Made by a program: the position numbers and the translations under genes. A DNA stretch of 64,000 nucleotides, from positions 186,001 through 250,000 of the IMG/VR virus record IMGVR_UViG_3300042907_001080, one strand, 5' to 3'. This document shows, piece by piece, positions 54,561 to 63,427 of the stretch (positions within the stretch are counted from its first letter, which is position 1; every line of letters starts with the position of its first letter). The notes beneath the pieces were generated by a model. The model searched no databases. It had not been told where the DNA came from and saw only the letters and a program-made list of their open reading frames with translations.

Positions 54561-55450
54561 TGTTTTATCTTTGTTAACGGAATGTCTGCTGCGCAGGTGC
54601 AGTAATTCCTATCGCATATAATAGGGTTTATAGGTATTGAAAATGTACCTGCATATATGTTACCAAGACTACCACCGACTCTACAAGTCGCTCGGTGCAC
54701 ATCGCCGTCCCAATTTATCATTAGGCTTTCTATGCCTGCGTTGCAAGTCCAGCCCTTGAATTTGTTTAGATGCAATTTTATTACGTCGTTGGCATGCATA
54801 ATTTCTACATCGTCTATTCTACAGTTAGCCTTTGCCGTGGCATTCTGTGAGAGAATCCATTCTAAGTCGTTACCATCATACCGCATATCGTCAAACACAT
54901 TATGATCGCCCTCAGTCCAGCGTATTCTACGCACAGCAAATCTAATCCCTTTTTCTCGGAACTCTTTGACTACTTTGCGAACACTGTCCATATGATCGTA
55001 GTGAGCCATTATGTTAACAAAAAAGTCTGTTTGAGTTTTGTCATAGAACTCGTTAATTGTTCTCATCACACGCTGCCAGTCATATTCAAAATGCAGACTA
55101 AACACTAGGTGATTAAAATACATTTCGTTTTGCAAATACCAGTTAGCAGATCGAGTTCCGTTGGTTGTTAAGTTGACCCAGAATATATCCTTGCGTTTAA
55201 AGTAGTCTAGTAGATCTTCTATATCGGGATGCACACAAGGTTCGCCACCTGTTAAACTAATACGTAACGGTTTTCCAATTTCGCATAGTTTATCAACAGT
55301 TGTTTCTAGGATGTTAATATCTGTATGCGAACTAAAATTATCATGTATGCTTGAAGGGCAATATGTACAGTCGTAGTTGCAACGTTTGCCTAAATTCCAT
55401 TCAACTTTTATTTGATCTTGATGCGGCCAAGAACTGGTTATTTTATACAT
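54557..55450 (-). CDS. radical SAM/twitch protein
   Basis: CNYDCTYC, TGGEP, TTNG, CNAG..ATC..LGNI..C...CTC. Confidence 0.92.
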   Translation of the reverse strand: MYKITSSWPHQDQIKVEWNLGKRCNYDCTYCPSSIHDNFSSHTDINILETTVDKLCEIGKPLRISLTGGEPCVHPDIEDLLDYFKRKDIFWVNLTTNGTRSANWYLQNEMYFNHLVFSLHFEYDWQRVMRTINEFYDKTQTDFFVNIMAHYDHMDSVRKVVKEFREKGIRFAVRRIRWTEGDHNVFDDMRYDGNDLEWILSQNATAKANCRIDDVEIMHANDVIKLHLNKFKGWTCNAGIESLMINWDGDVHRATCRVGGSLGNIYAGTFSIPINPIICDRNYCTCAADIPLTKIKQ

Positions 55451-56690
55451 ACTGTTTAAATTCTGGTATAACTGCTAACAAATCTTGATTGCGAGTAGAG
55501 TCTAATGCAAAATTAAAATCTAAAAAGTCTTGCCACAAATTATTTTGATCCTTTGCTTGTAGATAGTTAATGTTATCTTGTATTTGTTGATGCGTAACTG
55601 TGCCTAACAGCGGGTTCTTTTTAACTGCGCTCCATGTATCTACTTGTGACTTAACTGCTAGAAGTTTTGTAATTGCTAGTGCTTTTAATTCTTGTGGTAA
55701 CACTTGTGCTGACAGACAGTTGGGATAACTAACACGGTGGCTATAAAATATAATGTCCATGGTGTTAATAAAATAATCAATACATTCTGCGGCTTGTAGT
55801 ATGTTGCCAGCTTGTGCTGTAAATGCCCCAACTACACGACTCACGTTAGGAATTTTTTTTATTTCTTTAATGTTTGCTTCAACTTGATTAAAGTCGCTGT
55901 TACCGCGAATGTAATTGTAAACATCGTGAATGCCATCAAGGCTGACATTAACGGCAATGCTTCTAAAATATGGCCAGTAGTCATGTATAGTCCTTCCTTT
56001 GCTAATTCCTAGCGTTGTGCCATTTGTGGCGTATTTTAATTCAATGTTAGCACCATAAGGCTTTAACATGTCTAAAATTTTATAATGTTGAGGATCCATT
56101 AGAGGCTCTCCACCTGCAAACTCTACTCGTCTAAAATGAGGTAGAAGTTTTTCAAAACTGGTCCACCAGTTGTCGCTATCGTCAAACTCTCCGATATACT
56201 TTCCGGGATTATCTACAAGCTCTGTAATAGTGTGTACTAGGAAATTATTTTCTTTCTTATAGAACGGAGTTACTTTGTCCCAGTCTTTCCAGTTAGTGCT
56301 ATCTAACGGATTACACATGCGACACTTCAAGTTACACAAGTTGTTAAGTTTAATCTCCATTGTAGGAAATTCAAACGGCATAATTTCTTGTAGCGGTGTA
56401 TCGGGATATAAGTTAATACGTGCTTCTGGAATAACTCCGTTAATATGACGTTGGCGCAAACTTTCTACACCCTGGTCTTCTAAGTCAAAGCAAGGTTTAC
56501 AAACCTCAGGCCGTTCTCCGCATAAGACTTGTTTGCGAACAAGTTGCATGGTTTCATTATTCCATATTTCTTCTAGTGTATTATTTTGTATGAACCCAAC
56601 CGGCGCACTACGACAACAGACTTTGACGGCTCCGTCTTCGCGTGTTGCTAACCCTGTAAAAGGGTGCATACAAAATGTTTTACTTTGCAT
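55443..56690 (-). CDS. radical SAM protein with N-terminal twitch domain
   Basis: FCMHPF..VCC..CKPC; CNLKCRMC; FAGGEP; ATNG; start revised. Confidence 0.93.
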   Translation of the reverse strand: MQSKTFCMHPFTGLATREDGAVKVCCRSAPVGFIQNNTLEEIWNNETMQLVRKQVLCGERPEVCKPCFDLEDQGVESLRQRHINGVIPEARINLYPDTPLQEIMPFEFPTMEIKLNNLCNLKCRMCNPLDSTNWKDWDKVTPFYKKENNFLVHTITELVDNPGKYIGEFDDSDNWWTSFEKLLPHFRRVEFAGGEPLMDPQHYKILDMLKPYGANIELKYATNGTTLGISKGRTIHDYWPYFRSIAVNVSLDGIHDVYNYIRGNSDFNQVEANIKEIKKIPNVSRVVGAFTAQAGNILQAAECIDYFINTMDIIFYSHRVSYPNCLSAQVLPQELKALAITKLLAVKSQVDTWSAVKKNPLLGTVTHQQIQDNINYLQAKDQNNLWQDFLDFNFALDSTRNQDLLAVIPEFKQYV

Positions 56691-57288
56691 TGATAATATT
56701 GTAAAGTTTTTTGGCCGCAATGCTATGTGCTATTGGGCCGGGATGGTTATTGTCGGACGCTAAATCTTCTGTATTCAAAATGTTATCACGTAACGCATTA
56801 TTGATAAATTTGGGAATACTACCAAAGTATTCGCCAATGGTGACATCAATTACTCGATCTATCAACATCTCCGGTTTCGGTGGAGCCCAAAAAGGATAAT
56901 AACGGAGTCCTAAACTATTAATATATAATTCTGCATGATTAATATAGATACCTGACCTAACATTGTTGTCGTAATTAGAATGAACCTCAGACCATTTCTT
57001 AAACAATTCGTCGTCCTGCCACGGTCCTATTTTTTTGTTCTTTTCTACTATATTAAAAATTACATCTCTATGAGAATAGGTCCAACCCACTACAACCAAG
57101 TCATCTTTCTTAAACCTAAACGACAAGATACGGGATAGTATCTCTAGATTACTACTACCCGGATCTCCGTTATTAATAGTTGTTCTGCCAGTTAATTTTC
57201 CTAACACTGCCGGCCATGATTGACTAGACGGATCATCTAATGCTAATCCAAGGGTAAATGAACAACCGAATGTTATAAGTCTTGACAT
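56680..57288 (-). CDS. SGNH/GDSL-like hydrolase or acyltransferase
   Basis: FGCSFT, G.SN, D..HPG. Confidence 0.68.
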   Translation of the reverse strand: MSRLITFGCSFTLGLALDDPSSQSWPAVLGKLTGRTTINNGDPGSSNLEILSRILSFRFKKDDLVVVGWTYSHRDVIFNIVEKNKKIGPWQDDELFKKWSEVHSNYDNNVRSGIYINHAELYINSLGLRYYPFWAPPKPEMLIDRVIDVTIGEYFGSIPKFINNALRDNILNTEDLASDNNHPGPIAHSIAAKKLYNIINAK

Positions 57289-57986
57289 GATATTGCCCAT
57301 TGTCTTTCTTTACACCAAAAGCATTCGTTACAAACTGGAACGTATTGACCCGGTATATAGTTTTTATAATCAATGCCTACTATCTCGCCTTCACAACTGC
57401 GGGTAATTTCAAACAGATCCGTGAGGCCAAGCTCACTATACATTTTAACAATTTCTGACTTGTCTGTGAAGCGGAATGGATGATAAACCATAAAGCCCAT
57501 GTGTTCCATTTCTGCCAAATGCTTGTTGTCCTCTGTAGGGTCAATGTCACGTTCACTCATACCATTGAATTGTGCTAATCTTGGGTTACGGGTTACTCCG
57601 TTGTAAAACGCATCTATGTTATATTTCTTACAAATATACTCTGCGTAAGCTCTTGCTTGAATGTTGTCACCGCTCACTTGCTTACCATACTCGTCGGTTA
57701 AGTTTGGTCCTACATTGCCGTACTCTAAATCGGGCGCAATAAAGTTAATATGCCGTTTAAATGTTGTATGATAGAAATTTTGAAATAACCATTTACACAC
57801 AGTATCTGCATTGTCTTGTTGCCAAGGTTTGGTTTTCCAGCAACGTATATGATTAATGATATGTATAGTTATATTATGTTCTTTGGCTTTTTGGCAAACC
57901 ATATAGGCAAGTAATGCGCTATCGGCACCGCCACTAACGGCAATGGCAATGTTTTTCCATTTTGGATTGAAGGGTACCTTGAACAT
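57273..57986 (-). CDS. QueC-like PP-loop adenine nucleotide alpha-hydrolase
   Basis: VSGGADS, HPF...KSEIV, TRSC...CNECFWCKER; start revised to MFKVPF. Confidence 0.75.
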   Translation of the reverse strand: MFKVPFNPKWKNIAIAVSGGADSALLAYMVCQKAKEHNITIHIINHIRCWKTKPWQQDNADTVCKWLFQNFYHTTFKRHINFIAPDLEYGNVGPNLTDEYGKQVSGDNIQARAYAEYICKKYNIDAFYNGVTRNPRLAQFNGMSERDIDPTEDNKHLAEMEHMGFMVYHPFRFTDKSEIVKMYSELGLTDLFEITRSCEGEIVGIDYKNYIPGQYVPVCNECFWCKERQWAISCQDL

Positions 57987-57991
57987 GGATA

Positions 57992-58022
57992 TATTTACAC
58001 GAGTTATACTAGCACATAAATA
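57992..58022. promoter_or_regulatory. divergent TAAATA late-type promoter pair
   Basis: TAAATA 5 nt and 4 nt before the two divergent ATGs (57986 and 58027). Confidence 0.65.
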
Positions 58023-58026
58023 TTTC

Positions 58027-58695
58027 ATGATTAACATAACCATGTGGCAATGCCCAAAAGGACTAATAGAACAAGCATTATCAGAGTGCCCAATTGAAGG
58101 TAGTCGCACTGCCTTGAATACTCCAACCGGTGACTTCTTCTATGACAGTTGGCAAATCAAAGATGAGTTTAAAGGTACAGCGTGGGAAGAACTACTATCT
58201 ACTTTACCTTACACAATTGGAGAAGCTCGTGTTATTACACTTGATCCCAATCAAAGTTACATGTCCCACGCTGACATTGATAATCGTTGGCATTTAAACT
58301 TGTCGGGCGAGCAGTCATATTTGATAGATTTAGATAATCAAAAAATGTATAAACAACGTGTAGACAATCATTGGTGTTATATGTTTGCTAATAAAATACA
58401 TACTGCTAGTAATTACGGTAGTGTACCACGTAAACAACTTGTAGTTCGCGAACCGTTAAAACGTAGCCACCACAAAAATTTAATCAACGTTGAAATTACT
58501 CCAGCATACGAACAGTTTGACTATCGTTATCAGTTTGACAATATTATTAGCCCGTGGCTGAATCGTAAGAATCAAGAAGGCGTTCTTGACAACTTTGTTT
58601 ACAAAGATACGGTTGTATCCTTTAGTATAGCAGAAGATGTCCAAGGACAACTTGACGCAATTATTTCTAATAAGTTTAAAGTTATCTATGTTTAA
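58027..58695 (+). CDS. aspartyl/asparaginyl beta-hydroxylase-like 2OG-Fe(II) oxygenase
   Basis: GEARVI.L.P..SY..HAD..RWHL, IHTASNYG..PR..LV; start revised. Confidence 0.78.
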   Translation: MINITMWQCPKGLIEQALSECPIEGSRTALNTPTGDFFYDSWQIKDEFKGTAWEELLSTLPYTIGEARVITLDPNQSYMSHADIDNRWHLNLSGEQSYLIDLDNQKMYKQRVDNHWCYMFANKIHTASNYGSVPRKQLVVREPLKRSHHKNLINVEITPAYEQFDYRYQFDNIISPWLNRKNQEGVLDNFVYKDTVVSFSIAEDVQGQLDAIISNKFKVIYV

Positions 58696-59134
58696 AGTTG
58701 GAATTACTGGAACTACTCGCGGCCTCGGCCAAGCACTACATGACCACTTTGTCAATAAGGGCTATCATGTAACGGCCTTTAATAGAGGATCAGACATGAG
58801 TGCCGCGGTTGGATGTGATTTGTTTATCAACAATGCCTACGGCATACAAATGGATATACTTAACCAACTTTATGCGAGTGTTGGCAAGATGATTGTCATG
58901 GGCAGTATAGTTACAGATTTTCCCGATGTAGAAATGCCAGACTACACCGCACAAAAAACAAAATTAGAAGAACGTGTGTTAGAGCTTAACCTTCCTAACA
59001 TATTGTTATTAAAGCTATCTAGCACTGCTTACAACGATTCGCAAGTTGTAATTGACGCTATTGAGTATTGGCTAGCAAACCCGTTGGTTAATATTATATC
59101 TTTTAGAGCAATAGGCGGTCCAAATCGTGGATAA
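58688..59134 (+). CDS. short SDR-like oxidoreductase
   Basis: ITGTTRGLG, FINNA, YTAQK. Confidence 0.78.
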   Translation: MFKVGITGTTRGLGQALHDHFVNKGYHVTAFNRGSDMSAAVGCDLFINNAYGIQMDILNQLYASVGKMIVMGSIVTDFPDVEMPDYTAQKTKLEERVLELNLPNILLLKLSSTAYNDSQVVIDAIEYWLANPLVNIISFRAIGGPNRG

Positions 59135-59726
59135 AAAAATTATTGTAACCGGTCACACAAGCGGTGTTGGTAAAGCAATTTACGACAAGTTTAAAGAAAT
59201 AAGTTGTAGAGAAATTGTGGGAATGAGCCGTAGCAATGGATATGATATAGATAAAGACTTTGATAAGATTGTAGAAGAATCTACAGGCTGTGAACTGTTT
59301 ATTAATAATGCTTACAGAGACAGTCAGCAATTAAAATTAGTTGAAGCACTTAAAGACAAAGTAGACATGATGGTTGTTATGGGCAGTGTTAGTAGATTCT
59401 ATCCAGAACTTATTCCTACACAGTATGTACACGATAAACAAGCACTAGCGGAAGCCTGTAGACTTATTAGTTTAAATCCCAACGGTATTCCACTGCTACA
59501 TTTAGATTTAGGATTTATAGAAGGTACAACAGTAGAAGAAAACGACCCAACAGCCTTTGTTAGTGACTACACTACGTCCAAGGCCGACATTGTTGATACA
59601 ATTATCTTCTGGGCACAAAAGCCCTCTATTAGACAGATCGAGTTTAGATGGAAACTAACTCCGCAGGTCATGTCTGAATTAAAAAGAATTAATCCCGATT
59701 TAGATCCATCTAGGATAACGTTCTAG
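59127..59726 (+). CDS. SDR-like oxidoreductase
   Basis: VTGHTSGVG, FINNA, YVHDK. Confidence 0.8.
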   Translation: MDKKIIVTGHTSGVGKAIYDKFKEISCREIVGMSRSNGYDIDKDFDKIVEESTGCELFINNAYRDSQQLKLVEALKDKVDMMVVMGSVSRFYPELIPTQYVHDKQALAEACRLISLNPNGIPLLHLDLGFIEGTTVEENDPTAFVSDYTTSKADIVDTIIFWAQKPSIRQIEFRWKLTPQVMSELKRINPDLDPSRITF

Positions 59727-60257
59727 ATTCTCTAAAAATCTATCTCCGTATATTTTCCACACAGTTTGATCTGTGTACCTGTAATGAACTTCTTTAACAC
59801 GTTCCACTATGCCTATCTTTTCTAATGTGGGAAAATAATATCTGTGTACTAGCCTTTGACTCGCTACCTTGCTGTCATTAGATGTGGCATATATGTTTTC
59901 TTCTCCGACCCATGCTATACAGGCAGGTAATAAAAATTGGTCAGTTAGATTTTGATGTTCTGCAATTAGACGTTGGGGAGTTATTAATCCACCGTGTGGT
60001 CTTGCCGCACCAAACGTGCAGGTACGTGCTAACACCCTATAACTATCAGGCCCCATGACATCATCAAATGAGTGAGCTACTACACTACCGATGGCTTTAT
60101 TGTCCTGATACAGTATCCATGCTTTCCAGGATTTTTCATTGTGAAAACAATCTATCATGGATTTTTGACTGGAATTGTTTTCGAACCCTTTTTCTTTTGC
60201 TTCTTTATAAAACTCGGAAAGATCTAGATCAGAAGACCAATCTACAATATTATACAT
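59700..60257 (-). CDS. hypothetical protein, possible GNAT-like fold
   Basis: WILYQDNKAIGSVVAH..YRVLARTC..IYATSN..L.K.G; start revised. Confidence 0.5.
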   Translation of the reverse strand: MYNIVDWSSDLDLSEFYKEAKEKGFENNSSQKSMIDCFHNEKSWKAWILYQDNKAIGSVVAHSFDDVMGPDSYRVLARTCTFGAARPHGGLITPQRLIAEHQNLTDQFLLPACIAWVGEENIYATSNDSKVASQRLVHRYYFPTLEKIGIVERVKEVHYRYTDQTVWKIYGDRFLENLERYPRWI

Positions 60258-60945
60258 AAAGTTTTTTACACTCGTCCATAAAATCAGAAGGGAAGTTTGT
60301 TTTAAAACTTTCAAATGCTAACAGTTGTATGTCTTTAAAGGGAGTCGGCTTATCCACGTCTATTCCCATAGCAGACATTTTAGGAAATAGATCTGCTTGC
60401 CTATCTTCACTGATATGGCTCATTACGCTACGTAAACTAATAGCAGGATCGTGATCACGATAACAGAAAAAATAATTGATACTTTTAAGTTGACCGTTGA
60501 CAACAAAATAACTACTGGGATGTAGACTGTATTTGTAGATACCTAATGCTTTGTGTGCTTTAAATATTTCTAACATCTGTTCTCGCCAATTGGGCAGTAC
60601 ACTATCGTAGTCTTGTTTAATAGGATCAGATTGTTGCCAAAAGTCATCACCATCTATTTCAAGATAGAGTTTTCTTTTTTCTAAATCTATATTAATAATG
60701 TTGGGAACTAGGTGCGGAAATATATTACGCATTTGAGTAATAAAATTTACTTCGCGCAACCATTTTTCATTCATTAGACTAGGGTCTACTACTTGATTCT
60801 GACCTTTATGATAATCAGTATCGTTGTGGTACCATTGACAAAATGTTTTTTTATCTTTGCTAATTAAGCTGGTATAAATTAGGTTATTTCGGCAAAGGCC
60901 TTTTCCTGGAACATCGTTATAATAGTATTCATATTCTGCAGTCAT
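60250..60945 (-). CDS. protein-kinase-like fold protein with degenerate catalytic motifs
   Basis: WLREV.F...M...VPNIINID...RKLYLEI.G..., HKALGIYKYSLHPSS, LKSINYF; paralog of 48961-49665. Confidence 0.52.
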   Translation of the reverse strand: MTAEYEYYYNDVPGKGLCRNNLIYTSLISKDKKTFCQWYHNDTDYHKGQNQVVDPSLMNEKWLREVNFITQMRNIFPHLVPNIINIDLEKRKLYLEIDGDDFWQQSDPIKQDYDSVLPNWREQMLEIFKAHKALGIYKYSLHPSSYFVVNGQLKSINYFFCYRDHDPAISLRSVMSHISEDRQADLFPKMSAMGIDVDKPTPFKDIQLLAFESFKTNFPSDFMDECKKLYV

Positions 60946-60950
60946 ACAAA

Positions 60951-60967
60951 TACTTATCAGCTAAGTA
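60951..60967. promoter_or_regulatory. divergent TAAGTA late-type promoter variant pair
   Basis: TAAGTA 5 nt before each of the divergent ATGs (60945 and 60973). Confidence 0.55.
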
Positions 60968-60972
60968 TTAAC

Positions 60973-61788
60973 ATGATTAGAGGAATTGGCGGCAAGCCTT
61001 ACATTAATTTAGATCCATTTTTGGATGTAAAAGGGTTTACAGAGTTACATCCAGAAATCTGTAAAGGTTTTGCTTTAGCAAGGGATTATGCCAAAGAAGG
61101 CACATGGATGGCTCCAGGCTTTGATCAAAGTCGAGGCAGTTATCAGTGGAACTGGAAACCGATATACAAAGCACATGAAGAATATCTTGCCTTGTCGAAT
61201 GATCATCCCATTAAAATTCAAGGTCAAGAAATATATCCTACAGATTTTAAAGACTACAAACAACGCAATTTATTCACACGTTATCTTAAAAGTGTATTAG
61301 GTGCTAACGATCCTTATACCTATTATTTTCTATGGAACGAAGGCGACTGGAATGAACGCAATGCTGAAAGACAAAAGACTGAGGAAAGCAACTTCTTTCC
61401 CGGTGTTGTTCAGTGGGTAGAAAATCTACAAGAACAAGGTATAATAGATCGCATAGGGCGTGTTATATTTTTTCTTTGCGATCATAACGGCAAAGCATTT
61501 GAACATCGAGACCTAGATGCTAAAAACGGTGTGTTTGAAAATGATTACTATACTCCGCATAATAACGAATTCATACATATAAGATATCGCACCAAGCGAG
61601 GTTTCTATATATGGGATCCCGACACACAAGACAAACACTATATTAATAGCCATGCTGCTATGTGGAACGATCAAGACTGGCACGGTGGGGAATCTAGCCT
61701 AGAACAAGAATACGGACTTAGAATTGACTGTAAGTTTACACAAGAATTCCGTAAACAAATTGGAATAGATCATTTAGAGAATTATTAA
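60973..61788 (+). CDS. putative 2OG-Fe(II) oxygenase (Asp-hydroxylase-like)
   Basis: GRVIFF..EHRD (HxD) ... WND.DWHGG....GLRID. Confidence 0.62.
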   Translation: MIRGIGGKPYINLDPFLDVKGFTELHPEICKGFALARDYAKEGTWMAPGFDQSRGSYQWNWKPIYKAHEEYLALSNDHPIKIQGQEIYPTDFKDYKQRNLFTRYLKSVLGANDPYTYYFLWNEGDWNERNAERQKTEESNFFPGVVQWVENLQEQGIIDRIGRVIFFLCDHNGKAFEHRDLDAKNGVFENDYYTPHNNEFIHIRYRTKRGFYIWDPDTQDKHYINSHAAMWNDQDWHGGESSLEQEYGLRIDCKFTQEFRKQIGIDHLENY

Positions 61789-62942
61789 TGTCTAATACAT
61801 ATTGCCCACTAGCCTGGATTGGCAGAAACATTTTACCTACTAGCATTCAACCTTGTTGTGAATGGTACGGTATTGGAGACCCGGTTGACAGTGCAGAAAA
61901 TATCGGACATAGTCCTGTATTTTTAAATGCTCGAGAAAAAATGAGTAAAGGAGAAAAAGTAGCCGGTTGTAAACAATGTTACTTAGCAGAAGAATCTGGT
62001 ATTAAATCTAGACGGCTACAGGCATTGGAACAATATGGGGTTGTAGATACTGTTGAAAGTAGAGTATTAGATGTTAGTTTTGACAATATATGTAACTTAA
62101 AATGTAGAGGATGTGCTTCGTCGAGCAGTCATCTTTGGTTTTCAGATGAAAAAGAAATATACAGTCACACTATTTTTGGTTCAAAATATGTTGAAAATAA
62201 TACTAATATAGATATTTCAGGATTGGAGTATGTCGGAGTTAGTGGAGGCGAACCGTTTTTAAGTAAAAAGTTTAACTCGTTTGCGGAAAAACTATTATCG
62301 ACACAAACGGCAAAAAATATATGTTTAACAATTAATACTAATGCAACTGTTAAACCTTCTCCTGCGGTATATGATCTAATTTTAACATGTAAAAATTTAA
62401 GTTTACAATTTAGCATAGACGGTATTGGGCACTTAAATTCTTATTTTAGAAGTGGCGCAACGTTTGAAGAATGTGAGAAAAATTTAAATTTCTTTAGAAA
62501 TCTAAAGACTCTAAGACAAGAAAAATCTACAAGTTTGGTCATACATACTACTGTTAGTTTATACAATGTAAATCTTCTTAAAGATATGGAAGACTACTTT
62601 CAAACAAATTATCCCGAATATGCGCTTACACATAGAAACTTATATTGGCCACCTCAACTATCAATTAGAAATCTTCCCCAACCGTATAAAGAAATTTTAA
62701 TTCCGATTGTTGAAAATTTTGGGGATAACTATAAAGATGTTTTATACGAATTAATATTAAATGAGCAGGATTATTTTAACCATTTTTTAAATTTTCATGT
62801 CAAGTTAGATTTATTAAGAAAAGAAAGTTTAAAAGATAGTAATCCATTGTTATCTGAATTTATAAAAAACTATCCTAGAGAATTAATAGATAGTAAAATC
62901 TTTTTTATTGAGCAAATGGATAAACTAAAATGCGGCACATAG
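61788..62942 (+). CDS. radical SAM protein with N-terminal twitch domain
   Basis: YCPLAW..QPCC..CKQC; CNLKCRGC; SGGEPF; NTN; FSIDG. Confidence 0.92.
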   Translation: MSNTYCPLAWIGRNILPTSIQPCCEWYGIGDPVDSAENIGHSPVFLNAREKMSKGEKVAGCKQCYLAEESGIKSRRLQALEQYGVVDTVESRVLDVSFDNICNLKCRGCASSSSHLWFSDEKEIYSHTIFGSKYVENNTNIDISGLEYVGVSGGEPFLSKKFNSFAEKLLSTQTAKNICLTINTNATVKPSPAVYDLILTCKNLSLQFSIDGIGHLNSYFRSGATFEECEKNLNFFRNLKTLRQEKSTSLVIHTTVSLYNVNLLKDMEDYFQTNYPEYALTHRNLYWPPQLSIRNLPQPYKEILIPIVENFGDNYKDVLYELILNEQDYFNHFLNFHVKLDLLRKESLKDSNPLLSEFIKNYPRELIDSKIFFIEQMDKLKCGT

Positions 62943-63427
62943 GTAATTACAAACATTGGGTAAATCCGCTATGGGAACACTTGGTGTTAACTAGGACAGG
63001 ACAGGCAAGGCCCCGCGACTGGCCGGCATCAACTGCGGTTGAAGCAACTGAATACAAAACATATAAAGAAGCAGGCTATGATTTAAATGCAGTTAATTGG
63101 TGGGTCTATGAAGAACGCGATTTAAATATAGATATCTCTCCTCCTTGGACAACCGGTCAATTACACTGGTGGATCACTAAACTATTACCAGGGCAATACA
63201 TGCCCATGCACACCGATCCTCATACACATGATACTAATTGTTCTCGTTATTGGATCCCGTTGCAGGATTATCATCCCGGACACATATTTGTATACAAGGA
63301 TGAAATGATTACTAATTACAAAAAAGGTGATGTATATGCTTACACTAGTTCTACAGATTTACATGGCGCAGCAAATATAGGTCATATACCTCGACTTGTT
63401 TTACAAATTACAGAATATGATATCTAA
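62930..63427 (+). CDS. aspartyl/asparaginyl beta-hydroxylase-like 2OG-Fe(II) oxygenase
   Basis: KLLPGQYMPMHTD, RYWIPL, HGAANIG..PRLVLQIT. Confidence 0.82.
   Translation: MRHIGNYKHWVNPLWEHLVLTRTGQARPRDWPASTAVEATEYKTYKEAGYDLNAVNWWVYEERDLNIDISPPWTTGQLHWWITKLLPGQYMPMHTDPHTHDTNCSRYWIPLQDYHPGHIFVYKDEMITNYKKGDVYAYTSSTDLHGAANIGHIPRLVLQITEYDI

Noticed and set aside
44176-55450. Calling one of the CNY.C.YC radical SAM proteins QueE or MoaA
   Set aside because: They lack the QueE N-terminal QGEG..G motif and the MoaA C-terminal signature, and carry different Cys-rich tails, so they were left unassigned.
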